Shown: positions 26,801-41,800 of the stretch, piece by piece
Position numbering within the stretch: the first letter of the stretch is position 1
Layout of the letters: each line of letters begins with the position of its first letter
Source: Balanoglossus misakiensis
Taxonomy: Eukaryota > Animalia > Hemichordata
DNA length: 64,000 bases
Assembly (NCBI GenBank): GCA_040954595.2
Contig: CM082593.2
Span: 10,801,477 to 10,865,476 of the forward strand
Reading direction: 5' to 3'
Position numbers and translations under genes: made by a program
Notes under the pieces: model-generated
Seen by the model: only the letters and a program-made list of their open reading frames with translations
The model's database searches: none
Told to the model about the DNA's origin: nothing

Positions 26801-29800
26801 AAGAAAATCATGGGTGAAAATCATCAAAAAATGACAAATTTTTCGACTTTGCAAAATCTCAAAATTTTTTCGATTGTTGAAAAAAATCATCGGTGAAAAT
26901 CATCAAAAAATGACAAATTTTCGACTTTGCAAAATCTCAAAATTTTGTTGATTTTTGAAAAAAATCATAGGTGAAAATCATCAAAAAATGACAAATTTTC
27001 GACTTTGCAAAATCTCAAAATTTCGTCGATTTTTGAAGAAAATCATGGGTGAAAATCATCAAAAAATGACAAATTTTGAAAAAAAAACGGGTGAAAATCA
27101 TCAAAAAATGACATATTTACGACTTTGCAAAATCTCAAAATTTCGTCGATTTTTGAAAAAAACCGGGTGAAAATCATCAAAAAATGACACATTTACGACT
27201 TTGCAAAATCTCAAAATTTCGTCGATTTTTGAAAAAAAATCATGGGTGAAAATCATCAAAAAATGACAAATTTTCGATTTTGCTAAATCTCAAAATTTCG
27301 TCGATTTTTGAAAAAAACGGGTGAAAATCATCAAAAAATGACACATTTTCGTCGACTTTGCAAAATCTCAAAATTTCGTCGATTTTTTGAAGAAAATCAT
27401 GGGTGAAAATCATCAAAAAATTACAAATTTTTCGACTTTGCAAAATCTCAAAATTTCGTCAATTTTGAAAAAAATCATCGGTGAAAATCATCAAAAAATT
27501 ACAAATTTTTTACTGCAAAATCTCAAATTTTCGTCGATTTTTTAAAAAAATTGTTGAAAATCATCAAAAAATGACAAATTTTCCTCTCTTGCAAATCTGA
27601 AAATTTCGTCGATTTTTGAGAAAAATCATGGGTGAAAATCAACAAAAAATGACAAATTTTCGACTTTGCAAAATCTCAAATTTTCGTCGATTTTTGAAAA
27701 AAATCATGGGGGAAAATGATCAAAAAATGACAAATTTTCGACTGCAAAATCTCAAAATTTCGTCAATTTTGAAAAAAATCATGGGTGAAAATCATGAAAA
27801 AATGACAATTTTTTTACTGCAAAATCTCAAAATTTCATCGATTTTTGAAAAAAATCATGGGTGAAAATCATCAAAAAATGACAAATTTTCGACTTTGCAA
27901 AATCTCAAAATTTCGTCGATTTTTTGAAAAACAAAATCATGGGAAAAAATCTTCAAAAAATGACAAATTTTCGACTTTGCAAAATCTCAAAATTTCGTCG
28001 ATTTTTGAAAAAAATAATGGGGAAAATGATCAAAAAATGACAAATTTTCGACTGCAAAATTTCAAAATTTCGTCAATTTTGAAAAAATCATGGGTGAAAA
28101 TCATCAAAAAATGACAAATTTTCGACTGCAAAATCTCAAAATTTCGTCGATTTTTGAAAAAAAAACGGGTGAAAATCATCAAAAAATGACAAATTTTCGA
28201 CTGCAAAAACTCAAAATTTCGTCAATTTTGAAAAAAATCATGGGTGAAAATCATCAAAAAATGACAAATTTTCCTCTTTGCAAAATCTATAAATTTCGTC
28301 GATTTTTGAAAAAAATCATGGGTGAAAATAATCAAAAAATGACAAATTTTCGACTTTGCAAAATCTCAAAATTTCGTCAATTTTGAAAAAAATCATCGGT
28401 GAAAATCATCAAAAAATTACAAATTTTTTACTGCAAAATCTCAAATTTTCGTCGATTTTTTAAAAAAATTGTTGAAAATCATCAAAAAATGACAAATTTT
28501 CCTCTCTTGCAAAATCTGAAAATTTCGTCGATTTTTGAGAAAAATCATGGGTGAAAATCAACAAAAAATGACAAATTTTCGACTTTGCAAAATCTCAAAT
28601 TTTCGTCGATTTTTGAAAAAAATCATGGGGGAAAATGATCAAAAAATGACAAATTTTCGACTGCAAAATCTCAAAATTTCGTCAATTTTGAAAAAAATCA
28701 TGGGTGAAAATCATGAAAAAATGACAATTTTTTTACTGCAAAATCTCAAAATTTCATCGATTTTTGAAAAAAATCATGGGTGAAAATCATCAAAAAATGA
28801 CAAATTTTCGACTTTGCAAAATCTCAAAATTTCGTCGATTTTTGAAAAACAAAATCATGGGAAAAAATCTTCAAAAAATGACAAATTTTCGACTTTGCAA
28901 AATCTCAAAATTTCGTCGATTTTTGAAAAAAATAATGGGGAAAATGATCAAAAAATGACAAATTTTCGACTGCAAAATTTCAAAATTTCGTCAATTTTGA
29001 AAAAATCATGGGTGAAAATCATCAAAAAATGACAAATTTTCGACTGCAAAATCTCAAAATTTCGTCGATTTTTGAAAAAAAAACGGGTGAAAATCATCAA
29101 AAAATGACAAATTTTCGACTGCAAAAACTCAAAATTTCGTCAATTTTGAAAAAAATCATGGGTGAAAATCATCAAAAAATGACAAATTTTCCTCTTTGCA
29201 AAATCTATAAATTTCGTCGATTTTTGAAAAATTTTCAACTTTGCAAAATCTCAAAATTTCGTCGATTTTTGAAATAAATCATTGTTGAAAATTATCAAAA
29301 AATGACAAATTTTCCTCTTTGCAAAATCTCAAAATTTCGTCGATTTTTTGAAAAAAGACGGGTGAAAATCATCTAAAAATGACAAATTTTCGACTTTGCA
29401 AAATCTCAAAATTTCGTTCATTTTTGAAAAAAATCATGGGGGAAAATCATCAAAAAATGACAAATTTACGACTACAAAATCTCAAAATTTCGTCGATTTG
29501 TGAAAAAAAATCATGGGTGAAAATCATCAAAAAATGACAAATTTTCGACTTTGCAAAATCTCAAAATTTTGCCAATTTTGAAAAAATCATGGGTGAAAAT
29601 CATCAAAAAATGACAAATTTTTTACTGCAAAATCTCAAATTTTCGTCGATTTTTTAAAAAAATTGTTGAAAATCGTCACAAAATGACAAATTTTTGACTG
29701 CAAAATCTCAAAATTTCGTCTATTTTTGAAAAAAAATCATTGTTGAAAATCATCAAAAAATGACAAATTTTCCTCTTTGCAAAATCTCAAAATTTCGTCG

Positions 29801-32800
29801 ATTTTTGAAAAAAGACATGGGTGAAAATCATCAAAAAATGACAAATTTTCGACTTTGCAAAATCTCAAAATTTCGTCGATTTTTGAAAAAATCATGGGTG
29901 AAAATCATGAAAAAATGACAAATTTTCGACTTTGCAAAATCTCAAAATTTCGTCGATTTTTGAAAAAATCATGGGTGAAAATCATGAAAAAATGACAAAT
30001 TTTCGACTTTGCAAAATCTCAAAATTTCGTCGATTTTTGAAAAAAATCATGGGGGAAAATCATCAAAAAATGACAAATTTTCGACTGCAAAATCTCAAAA
30101 TTTCGTCGATTTTTGAAATAAATCATTGTTGAAAATTATCAAAAATTGACAAATTTTCCTCTTTGCAAAATCTCAAAATTTCGTCGATTTTTTGAAAAAT
30201 TTTCAACTTTGCAAAATCTCAAAATTTCGTTGATTTTTGAAAAAAATCATGGGGGAAAATCATCAAAAATGACAAATTTACGACTACAAAATCTCAAAAT
30301 TTCGTCAATTTTGAAAAAAATCATGGGTGAAAATCATCAAAAAATGACAAATTTTCGACTTTGCAAAATCTGAAAATTTCATCGATTTTTGAAAAAATCA
30401 TGGGTGAAAATCATGAAAAAATGACAAATTTTCGACTGCAAAATCTCAAAATTTCGTAGATTTTTGAAATAAATCATTGTTGAAAATTATCAAAAAATGA
30501 CAAATTTTCCTCTTTGCAAAATCTATAAATTTCGTCGATTTTTGAAAAATTTTCAACTTTGCAAAATCTCAAAATTTCGTCGATTTTTGAAAAAAATCAT
30601 GGGGGAAAATCATCAAAAAATGACAAATTTTTGACTGAAAAATCTCAAATTTTCGTCGATTTTTTAAAAAAATTGTTGAAAATCATCAAAAAATGACAAA
30701 TTTTTGACTTTGCAAAATCTCAAAATTTCGTCAATTTTGAAAAAAATCATGGGTGAAAATCATCAAAAAATGACAAATTTTCGACTTTGCAAAATCTGAA
30801 AATTTCGTCGATTTTTGAGAAAAATCATGGGTGAAAATCATCAAAAAATGACAAATTTTCGACTTTGCAAAATCTGAAAATTTCGTCGATTTTTGAGAAA
30901 AATCATGGGTGAAAATCATCAAAAAATGACAAATTTTCGACTTTGCAAAATCTCAAATTTTCGTCGATTTTTGAAAAAAATCATGGGGGAAAATGATCAA
31001 AAAATGACAAATTTTCGACTGCAAAATCTCAAAATTTCGTCAATTTTGAAAAAAATCATGGGTGAAAATCATGAAAAAATGACAATTTTTTTACTGCAAA
31101 ATCTCAAAATTTCATCGATTTTTGAAAAAAATCATGGGTGAAAATCATCAAAAAATGACAAATTTTCGACTTTGCAAAATCTCAAAATTTCGTCGATTTT
31201 TGAAGAAAATCAAGGGTGAAAATCATCAAAAAATGACAAATTTTCGACTTTGCAAAATCTCAAAATTTCGTCGATTTTTGAAAAAAATAATGGGGAAAAT
31301 GATCAAAAAATGACAAATTTTCGACTGCAAAATTTCAAAATTTCGTCAATTTTGAAAAAATCATGGGTGAAAATCATCAAAAAATGACAAATTTTCGACT
31401 GCAAAATCTCAAAATTTCGTCGATTTTTGAAAAAAAAACGGGTGAAAATCATCAAAAAATGACAAATTTTCGACTGCAAAAACTCAAAATTTCGTCAATT
31501 TTGAAAAAAATCATGGGTGAAAATCATCAAAAAATGACAAATTTTCCTCTTTGCAAAATCTATAAATTTCGTCGATTTTTGAAAAATTTTCAACTTTGCA
31601 AAATCTCAAAATTTCGTCGATTTTAGAAAAAAATCATGGGGGAAAATCATCAAAAAATGACAAATTTTCGACTGCAAAATCTCAAAATTTCGTCGATTTT
31701 TGAAATAAATCATTGTTGAAAATTATCAAAAAATGACAAATTTTCCTCTTTGCAAAATCTCAAAATTTCGTCGATTTTTTGAAAAAAGACGGGTGAAAAT
31801 CATCAAAAAATGACAAATTTTCGACTTTGCAAAATCTCAAAATTTCGTCGATTTTTGAAGAAAATCAAGGGTGAAAATCATCAAAAAATGACAAATTTTC
31901 GACTTTGCAAAATCTCAAAATTTCGTCGATTTTTGAAAAAAATAATGGGGAAAATGATCAAAAAATGACAAATTTTCGACTGCAAAATTTCAAAATTTCG
32001 TCAATTTTGAAAAAATCATGGGTGAAAATCATCAAAAAATGACAAATTTTCGACTGCAAAATCTCAAAATTTCGTCGATTTTTGAAAAAAAAACGGGTGA
32101 AAATCATCAAAAAATGACAAATTTTCGACTGCAAAAACTCAAAATTTCGTCAATTTTGAAAAAAATCATGGGTGAAAATCATCAAAAAATGACAAATTTT
32201 CCTCTTTGCAAAATCTATAAATTTCGTCGATTTTTGAAAAATTTTCAACTTTGCAAAATCTCAAAATTTCGTCGATTTTTGAAAAAAATCATGGGGGAAA
32301 ATCATCAAAAAATGACAAATTTTTGACTGAAAAATCTCAAATTTTCGTCGATTTTTTAAAAAAATTGTTGAAAATCATCAAAAAATGACAAATTTTTGAC
32401 TTTGCAAAATCTCAAAATTTCGTCAATTTTGAAAAAAATCATGGGTGAAAATCATCAAAAAATGACAAATTTTCGACTTTGCAAAATCTGAAAATTTCGT
32501 CGATTTTTGAGAAAAATCATGGGTGAAAATCATCAAAAAATGACAAATTTTCGACTTTGCAAAATCTGAAAATTTCGTCGATTTTTGAGAAAAATCATGG
32601 GTGAAAATCATCAAAAAATGACAAATTTTCGACTTTGCAAAATCTCAAATTTTCGTCGATTTTTGAAAAAAATCATGGGGGAAAATGATCAAAAAATGAC
32701 AAATTTTCGACTGCAAAATCTCAAAATTTCGTCAATTTTGAAAAAAATCATGGGTGAAAATCATGAAAAAATGACAATTTTTTTACTGCAAAATCTCAAA

Positions 32801-35800
32801 ATTTCATCGATTTTTGAATAAAATCATGGGTGAAAATCATCAAAAAATGACAAATTTTCGACTTTGCAAAATCTCAAAATTTCGTCGATTTTTGAAGAAA
32901 ATCAAGGGTGAATATCATCAAAAAATGACAAATTTTCGACTTTGCAAAATCTCAAAATTTCGTCGATTTTTGAAAAAAATAATGGGGAAAATGATCAAAA
33001 AATGACAAATTTTCGACTGCAAAATTTCAAAATTTCGTCAATTTTGAAAAAATCATGGGTGAAAATCATCAAAAAATGACAAATTTTCGACTGCAAAATC
33101 TCAAAATTTCGTCGATTTTTGAAAAAAAAACGGGTGAAAATCATCAAAAAATGACAAATTTTCGACTGCAAAAACTCAAAATTTCGTCAATTTTGAAAAA
33201 AATCATGGGTGAAAATCATCAAAAAATGACAAATTTTCCTCTTTGCAAAATCTATAAATTTCGTCGATTTTAGAAAAAAATCATGGGGGAAAATCATCAA
33301 AAAATGACAAATTTTCGACTGCAAAATCTCAAAATTTCGTCGATTTTTGAAATAAATCATTGTTGAAAATTATCAAAAAATGACAAATTTTCCTCTTTGC
33401 AAAATCTCAAAATTTCGTCGATTTTTTGAAAAAAGACGGGTGAAAATCATCAAAAAATGACAAATTTACGACTACAAAATCTCAAAATTTCGTCGATTTG
33501 TGAAAAAAAATCATGGGTGAAAATCATCAAAAAATGACAAATTTTCGACTTTGCAAAATCTCAAAATTTTGCCAATTTTGAAAAAATCATTGGTGAAAAT
33601 CATCAAAAAATGACAAATTTTTTACTGCAAAATCTCAAATTTTCGTCGATTTTTTAAAAAAATTGTTGAAAATCATCAAAAAATGACAAAATTTTCGACT
33701 TTGTAAAATCACAAAATTTCGTCGATTTTGAAAAAAATCATAGGTTCGTCGATTTTTTAAAAAAAAACATGGGTGAAAATCATCAAAAAATGACAAATTA
33801 AAAAAAAAAACGGGTAAAAATCATCAAAAAATGACAAATTTTCCTCCTTGCAAAATCTCAAAATTTCGTCGATTTTTGAAAAAAGACATGGGTGAAAATC
33901 ATCAAAAAATGACAAATTTTCGACTTTACAAAATCTCAAAATTTCGTCGATTTTTGAAGAAAATCAAGGGTGAAAATCATCAAAAAATGACAAATTTTCG
34001 ACTTTGCAAAATCTGAAAATTTCGTCGATTTTTGAAAAAAATCATGGGTGAAAATCATCAAAAAATGACAAATTTTTGACTGCAAAATCTCAAAATTTCG
34101 TCAATTTTTGAAAAAAATCATGGTTGAAAATCATCATGACAATGACAAATTTTCGACTTTGCAAAATCTCAAAATTTCGTCGATTTTGAAAAAAATCATG
34201 GGTTCGTCCATTTTTGAAAAAAAAACATTGGGTGAAAATCATCAAAAAATGACAAATTTTCGACTTTGCAAAATCTCAAAATTTCGTCGATTTTTGAAGA
34301 AAATCATGGGTGAAAATCATCAAAAAATGACAAATTTTCGACTTTGCAAAATCTCAAAATTTCGTCGATTTTTGAAAAAAGACGGGTGAAAATCATCTAA
34401 AAATGACAAATTTTCGACTTTGCAAAATCTAAAAATTTCGTTGATTTTTGAAAAAAATCATGGGGGAAAATCATCAAAAAATGACAAATTTACGACTACA
34501 AAATCTCAAAATTTCGTCGATTTGTGAAAAAAAATCATGGGTGAAAATCATCAAAAAATGACAAATTTTCGACTTTGCAAAATCTCAAAATTTTGCCAAT
34601 TTTGAAAAAATCATGGGTGAAAATCATCAAAAAATGAAAATTTTTTTACTGCAAAATCTCAAATTTTCGTCGATTTTTTAAAAAAATTGTTGAAAATCAT
34701 CAAAAAATGACAAATTTTTGACTGCAAAATCTCAAAATTTCGTCGATTTTTGAAAAAAAATGATTGTTGAAAATCATCAAAAAATGACAAATTTTCCTCT
34801 TTGCAAAATCTCAAAATTTCGTCGATTTTTGAAAAAAGACATGGGTGAAAATCATCAAAAAATGACAAATTTTCGACTTTGCAAAATCTCAAAATTTCGT
34901 CGATTTTCGAAAAAATCATGGGTGAAAATCATGAAAAAATGACAAATTTTCGACTTTGCAAAATCTGAAAATTTCGTCGATTTTTGAAAAAAATCATGGG
35001 GGAAAATGATCAAAAAATGACAAATTTTCGACTGCAAAATCTCAAAATTTCGTCAATTTTGAAAAAAATCATGGTCGAAAATCATCAAATAATGACAATT
35101 TTTTTACTGCAAAATCTCAAAATTTCATCGATTTTTGAAAAAAATCATGGGTGAAAATCATCAAAAAATGACAAATTTTCGACTTTGCAAAATCTCAAAA
35201 TTTCGTCGATTTTTGAAAAAAGACATGGGTGAAAATCATCAAAAAATGACAAATTTTCGACTTTGCAAAATCTCAAAATTTCGTCGATTTTCGAAAAAAT
35301 CATGGGTGAAAATCATGAAAAAATGACAAATTTTCGACTTTGCAAAATCTGAAAATTTCGTCGATTTTTGAAAAAAATCATGGGGGAAAATGATCAAAAA
35401 ATGACAAATTTTCGACTGCAAAATCTCAAAATTTCGTCAATTTTGAAAAAAATCATGGTCGAAAATCATCAAATAATGACAATTTTTTTATTGCAAAATC
35501 TCAAAATTTCATCGATTTTTGAAAAAAATCATGGGTGAAAATCATCAAAAAATGACAAATTTTCGACTTTGCAAAATCTCAAAATTTCGTCGATTTTTGA
35601 AGAAAATCAAGGGTGAAAATCATCAAAAAATGACAAATTTTCGACTTTGCAAAATCTGAAAATTTCGTCGATTTTTGAAAAAAATCATGGGTGAAAATCA
35701 TCAAAAAATGACAAATTTTTGACTGCAAAATCTCAAAATTTCGTCAATTTTTGAAAAAAATCATGGTTGAAAATCATCATGACAATGACAAATTTTCGAC

Positions 35801-38800
35801 TTTGCAAAATCTCAAAATTTCGTCGATTTTGAAAAAAATCATGGGTTCGTCCATTTTTGAAAAAAAAACATTGGGTGAAAATCATCAAAAAATGACAAAT
35901 TTTCGACTTTGCAAAATCTCAAAATTTCGTCGATTTTTGAAAAAAAATCATGGGGAAAATGATCAAAAAATGACAAATTTTCGACTGCAAAATTTCAAAA
36001 TTTCGTCAATTTTGAAAAAATCATGGGTGAAAATCATCAAAAAATGACAAATTTTCGACTACAAAATCTCAAAATTTCGTCGATTTTTGAAAAAAAAACG
36101 GGTGAAAATCATCAAAAAATGACAAATTTTCCTCTTTGCAAAATCTATAAATTTCGTCGATTTTTGAAAAATTTTCAACTTTGCAAAATCTCAAAATTTC
36201 GTCGATTTTAGAAAAAAATCATGGGGGAAAATCATCAAAAAATGTCAAATTTTCGACTGCAAAATCTCAAAATTTCGTCGATTTTTGAAATAAATCATTG
36301 TTGAAAATTATCAAAAAATGACAAATTTTCCTCTTTGCAAAATCTCAAAATTTCGTCGATTTTTTGAAAAAAGACGGGTGAAAATCATCTAAAAATGACA
36401 AATTTTCGACTTTGCAAAATCTCAAAATTTCGTTGATTTTTGAAAAAAATCATGGGGGAAAATCATCAAAAAATGACAAATTTACGACTACAAAATCTCA
36501 AAATTTCGTCGATTTGTGAAAATAAATCATGGGTGAAAATCATCAAAAAATGACAAATTTTCGACTTTGCAAAATCTCAAAATTTTGCCAATTTTGAAAA
36601 AATCATGGGTGAAAATCATCAACAAATGAAAATTTTTTTACTGCAAAATCTCAAATTTTCGTCGATTTTTTAAAAAAATTGTTGAAAATCATCAAAAAAT
36701 GACAAATTTTTGACTGCAAAATCTCAAAATTTCGTCGACTTTTGAAAAAAAATCATTGTTGAAAATCATCAAAAAATGACAAATTTTCCTCTTTGCAAAA
36801 TCTCAAAATTTCGTCGATATTTGAAAAAAGACATGGGTGAAAATCATCAAAAAATGACAAATTTTCGACTTTGCAAAATCTCAAAATTTCGTCGATTTTT
36901 GAAAAAATCATGGGTGAAAATCATGAAAAAATGACAAATTTTCGACTTTGCAAAATCTGAAAATTTCGTCGATTTTTGAAAAAAATCATGGGGGAAAATG
37001 ATCAAAAAATGACAAATTTTCGACTGCAAAATCTCAAAATTTCGTCAATTTTGAAAAAAATCATGGTCGTAAATCATCAAATAATGACAATTTTTTTACT
37101 GCAAAATCTCAAAATTTCATCGATTTTTGAAAAAAATCATGGGTGAAAATCATCAAAAAATGACAAATTTTCGACTTTGCAAAATCTCAAAATTTCGTCG
37201 ATTTTTGAAGAAAATCAAGAGTGAAAATCATCAAAAAATGACAAATTTTCGACTTTGCAAAATCTCAAAATTTCGTCGATTTTTGAAAAAAATCATGGGG
37301 AAAATGATCAAAAAATGACAAATTTTCGACTGCAAAATTTCAAAATTTCGTCAATTTTGAAAAAATCATAGGTGAAAATCATCAAAAAATGACAAATTTT
37401 CGACTGCAAAATCTCAAAATTTCGTCGATTTTTGAAAAAAAAACGGGTGAAAATCATCAAAAAATGACAAATTTTCGACTGCAAAGACTCAAAATTTCGT
37501 CAATTTTGAAAAAAATCATGGGTGAAAATCATCAAAAAATGACAAATTTTCCTCTTTGCAAAATCTATAAATTTCGTCGATTTTTGAAAAATTTTCAACT
37601 TTGCAAAATCTCAAAATTTCGTCGATTTTTGAAAAAAATCATGGGGGAAAATCATCAAAAAATGACAAATTTTCGACTGCAAAATCTCAAAATTTCGTCC
37701 ATTTTTGAAATAAATCATTGTTGAAAATTATCAAAAAATGACAAATTTTCCTCTTTGCAAAATCTCAAAATTTCGTCGATTTTTTGAAAAAAGACGGGTG
37801 AAAATCATCTAAAAATGACAAATTTTCGACTTTGCAAAATCTCAAAATTTCGTTGATTTTTGAAAAAAATCATGGGGGAAAATCATCAAAAAATGACAAA
37901 TTTACGACTACAAAATCTCAAAATTTCGTCGATTTGTGAAAAAAAATCATGGGTGAAAATCATCAAAAAATGACAAATTTTCGACTTTGCAAAATCTCAA
38001 AATTTTGCCAATTTTGAAAAAATCATGGGTGAAAATCATCAAAAAATGACAAATTTTTTACTGCAAAATCTCAAATTTTCGTCGATTTTTTAAAAAAATT
38101 GTTGAAAATCATCAAAAAATGACAAATTTTTGACTGCAAAATCTCAAAATTTCGTCGATTTTTGAAAAAAAATCATTGTTGAAAATCATCACAAAATGAC
38201 AAATTTTCCTCTTTGCAAAATCTCAAAATTTATTCGATTTTTGAAAAAAGACATGGGTGAAAATCATCAAAAAATGACAAATTTACGACTGCAAAATCTC
38301 AAAATTTCGTCGATTTGTGAAAAAAAATCATGGGTGAAAATCATCAAAAAATGACAAATTTTTGACTGCAAAATCTCAAAATTTCGTCAATTTTTGAAAA
38401 AAATCATGGTTGAAAATCATCATGACAATGACAAATTTTCGACTTTGCAAAATCTCAAAATTTCGTCGATTTTGAAAAAAATCATGGGTTCGTCCATTTT
38501 TGAAAAAAAAACATTCGGTGAAAATCATCAAAAAATGACAAATTTTCGACTTTGCAAAATCTGAAAATTTCGTCGATTTTTGAAAAAAATCATGGGGGAA
38601 AATGATCAAAAAATGACAAATTTTCGACTGCAAAATCTCAAAATTTCGTCAATTTTGAAAAAAATCATGGTCGAAAATCATCAAATAATGACAATTTTTT
38701 TACTGCAAAATCTCAAAATTTCATCGATTTTTGAAAAAAATCATGGGTGAAAATCATCAAAAAATGACAAATTTTCGACTTTGCAAAATCTCAAAATTTC

Positions 38801-41800
38801 GTCGATTTTTGAAAAAATCATGGGTGAAAATCATGAAAAAATGACAAATTTTCGACTTTGCAAAATCTGAAAATTTCGTCGATTTTTGAAAAAAATCATG
38901 GGGGAAAATGATCAAAAAATGACAAATTTTCGACTGCAAAATCTCAAAATTTCGTCAATTTTGAAAAAAATCATGGTCGTAAATCATCAAATAATGACAA
39001 TTTTTTTACTGCAAAATCTCAAAATTTCATCGATTTTTGAAAAAAATCATGGGTGAAAATCATCAAAAAATGACAAATTTTCGACTTTGCAAAATCTCAA
39101 AATTTCGTCGATTTTTGAAGAAAATCAAGAGTGAAAATCATCAAAAAATGACAAATTTTCGACTTTGCAAAATCTCAAAATTTCGTCGATTTTTGAAAAA
39201 AATCATGGGGAAAATGATCAAAAAATGACAAATTTTCGACTGCAAAATTTCAAAATTTCGTCAATTTTGAAAAAATCATAGGTGAAAATCATCAAAAAAT
39301 GACAAATTTTCGACTGCAAAATCTCAAAATTTCGTCGATTTTTGAAAAAAAAACGGGTGAAAATCATCAAAAAATGACAAATTTTCGACTGCAAAGACTC
39401 AAAATTTCGTCAATTTTGAAAAAAATCATGGGTGAAAATCATCAAAAAATGACAAATTTTCCTCTTTGCAAAATCTATAAATTTCGTCGATTTTTGAAAA
39501 ATTTTCAACTTTGCAAAATCTCAAAATTTCGTCGATTTTTGAAAAAAATCATGGGGGAAAATCATCAAAAAATGACAAATTTTCGACTGCAAAATCTCAA
39601 AATTTCGTCCATTTTTGAAATAAATCATTGTTGAAAATTATCAAAAAATGACAAATTTTCCTCTTTGCAAAATCTCAAAATTTCGTCGATTTTTTGAAAA
39701 AAGACGGGTGAAAATCATCTAAAAATGACAAATTTTCGACTTTGCAAAATCTCAAAATTTCGTTGATTTTTGAAAAAAATCATGGGGGAAAATCATCAAA
39801 AAATGACAAATTTACGACTACAAAATCTCAAAATTTCGTCGATTTGTGAAAAAAAATCATGGGTGAAAATCATCAAAAAATGACAAATTTTCGACTTTGC
39901 AAAATCTCAAAATTTTGCCAATTTTGAAAAAATCATGGGTGAAAATCATCAAAAAATGACAAATTTTTTACTGCAAAATCTCAAATTTTCGTCGATTTTT
40001 TAAAAAAATTGTTGAAAATCATCAAAAAATGACAAATTTTTGACTGCAAAATCTCAAAATTTCGTCGATTTTTGAAAAAAAATCATTGTTGAAAATCATC
40101 ACAAAATGACAAATTTTCCTCTTTGCAAAATCTCAAAATTTATTCGATTTTTGAAAAAAGACATGGGTGAAAATCATCAAAAAATGACAAATTTACGACT
40201 GCAAAATCTCAAAATTTCGTCGATTTGTGAAAAAAAATCATGGGTGAAAATCATCAAAAAATGACAAATTTTTGACTGCAAAATCTCAAAATTTCGTCAA
40301 TTTTTGAAAAAAATCATGGTTGAAAATCATCATGACAATGACAAATTTTCGACTTTGCAAAATCTCAAAATTTCGTCGATTTTGAAAAAAATCATGGGTT
40401 CGTCCATTTTTGAAAAAAAAACATTCGGTGAAAATCATCAAAAAATGACAAATTTTCGACTTTGCAAAATCTGAAAATTTCGTCGATTTTTGAAAAAAAT
40501 CATGGGGGAAAATGATCAAAAAATGACAAATTTTCGACTGCAAAATCTCAAAATTTCGTCAATTTTGAAAAAAATCATGGTCGAAAATCATCAAATAATG
40601 ACAATTTTTTTACTGCAAAATCTCAAAATTTCATCGATTTTTGAAAAAAATCATGGGTGAAAATCATCAAAAAATGACAAATTTTCGACTTTGCAAAATC
40701 TCAAAATTTCGTCGATTTTTGAAGAAAATCAAGGGTGAAAATCATCAAAAAATGACATATTTTCGACTTTGCAAAATCTAAAAATTTCGTCGATTTTTGA
40801 AAAAAATCATGGTTGAAAATCATCAAAAAATGACAAATTTTTGACTGCAAAATCTCAAAATTTCGTCAATTTTTGAAAAAAATCATGGTTGAAAATCATC
40901 ATGACAATGACAAATTTTCGACTTTGCAAAATCTCAAAATTTCGTCGATTTTGAAAAAAATCATGGGTTCGTCCATTTTTGAAAAAAAAACATTGGGTGA
41001 AAATCATCAAAAAATGACAAATTTTCGACTTTGCAAAATCTCAAAATTTCGTCGATTTTTGAAGAAAATCATGGGTGAAAATCATCAAAAAATGACAAAT
41101 TTTCGACTTTGCAAAATCTCAAAATTTCGTCGATTTTTGAAAAAAAATCATGGGGAAAATGATCAAAAAATGACAAATTTTCGACTGCAAAATTTCAAAA
41201 TTTCGTCAATTTTGAAAAAATCATGGGTGAAAATCATCAAAAAATGACAAATTTTCGACTGCAAAATCTCAAAATTTCGTCGATTTTTGAAAAAAAACGG
41301 GTGAAAATCATCAAAAAATGACAAATTTTCCTTTTTGCAAAATCTATAAATTTCGTCGATTTTTGAAAAATTTTCAACTTTGCAAAATCTCAAAATTTCG
41401 TCGATTTTAGAAAAAAATCATGGGGGAAAATCATCAAAAAATGTCAAATTTTCGACTGCAAAATCTCAAAATTTCGTCGATTTTTGATATAAATCATTGT
41501 TGAAAATTATCAAAAAATGACAAATTTTCCTCTTTGCAAAATCTCAAAATTTCGTCGATTTTTTGAAAAAAGACGGGTGAAAATCATCTAAAAATGACAA
41601 ATTTTCGACTTTGCAAAATCTCAAAATTTCGTTGATTTTTGAAAAAAATCATGGGTGAAAATCATCAACAAATGACAATTTTTTTACTGCAAAATCTCAA
41701 ATTTTCGTCGATTTTTTAAAAAAATTGTTGAAAATCATCAAAAAATGACAAATTTTTGACTGCAAAATCTCAAAATTTCGTCGATTTTTGAAAAAAAATC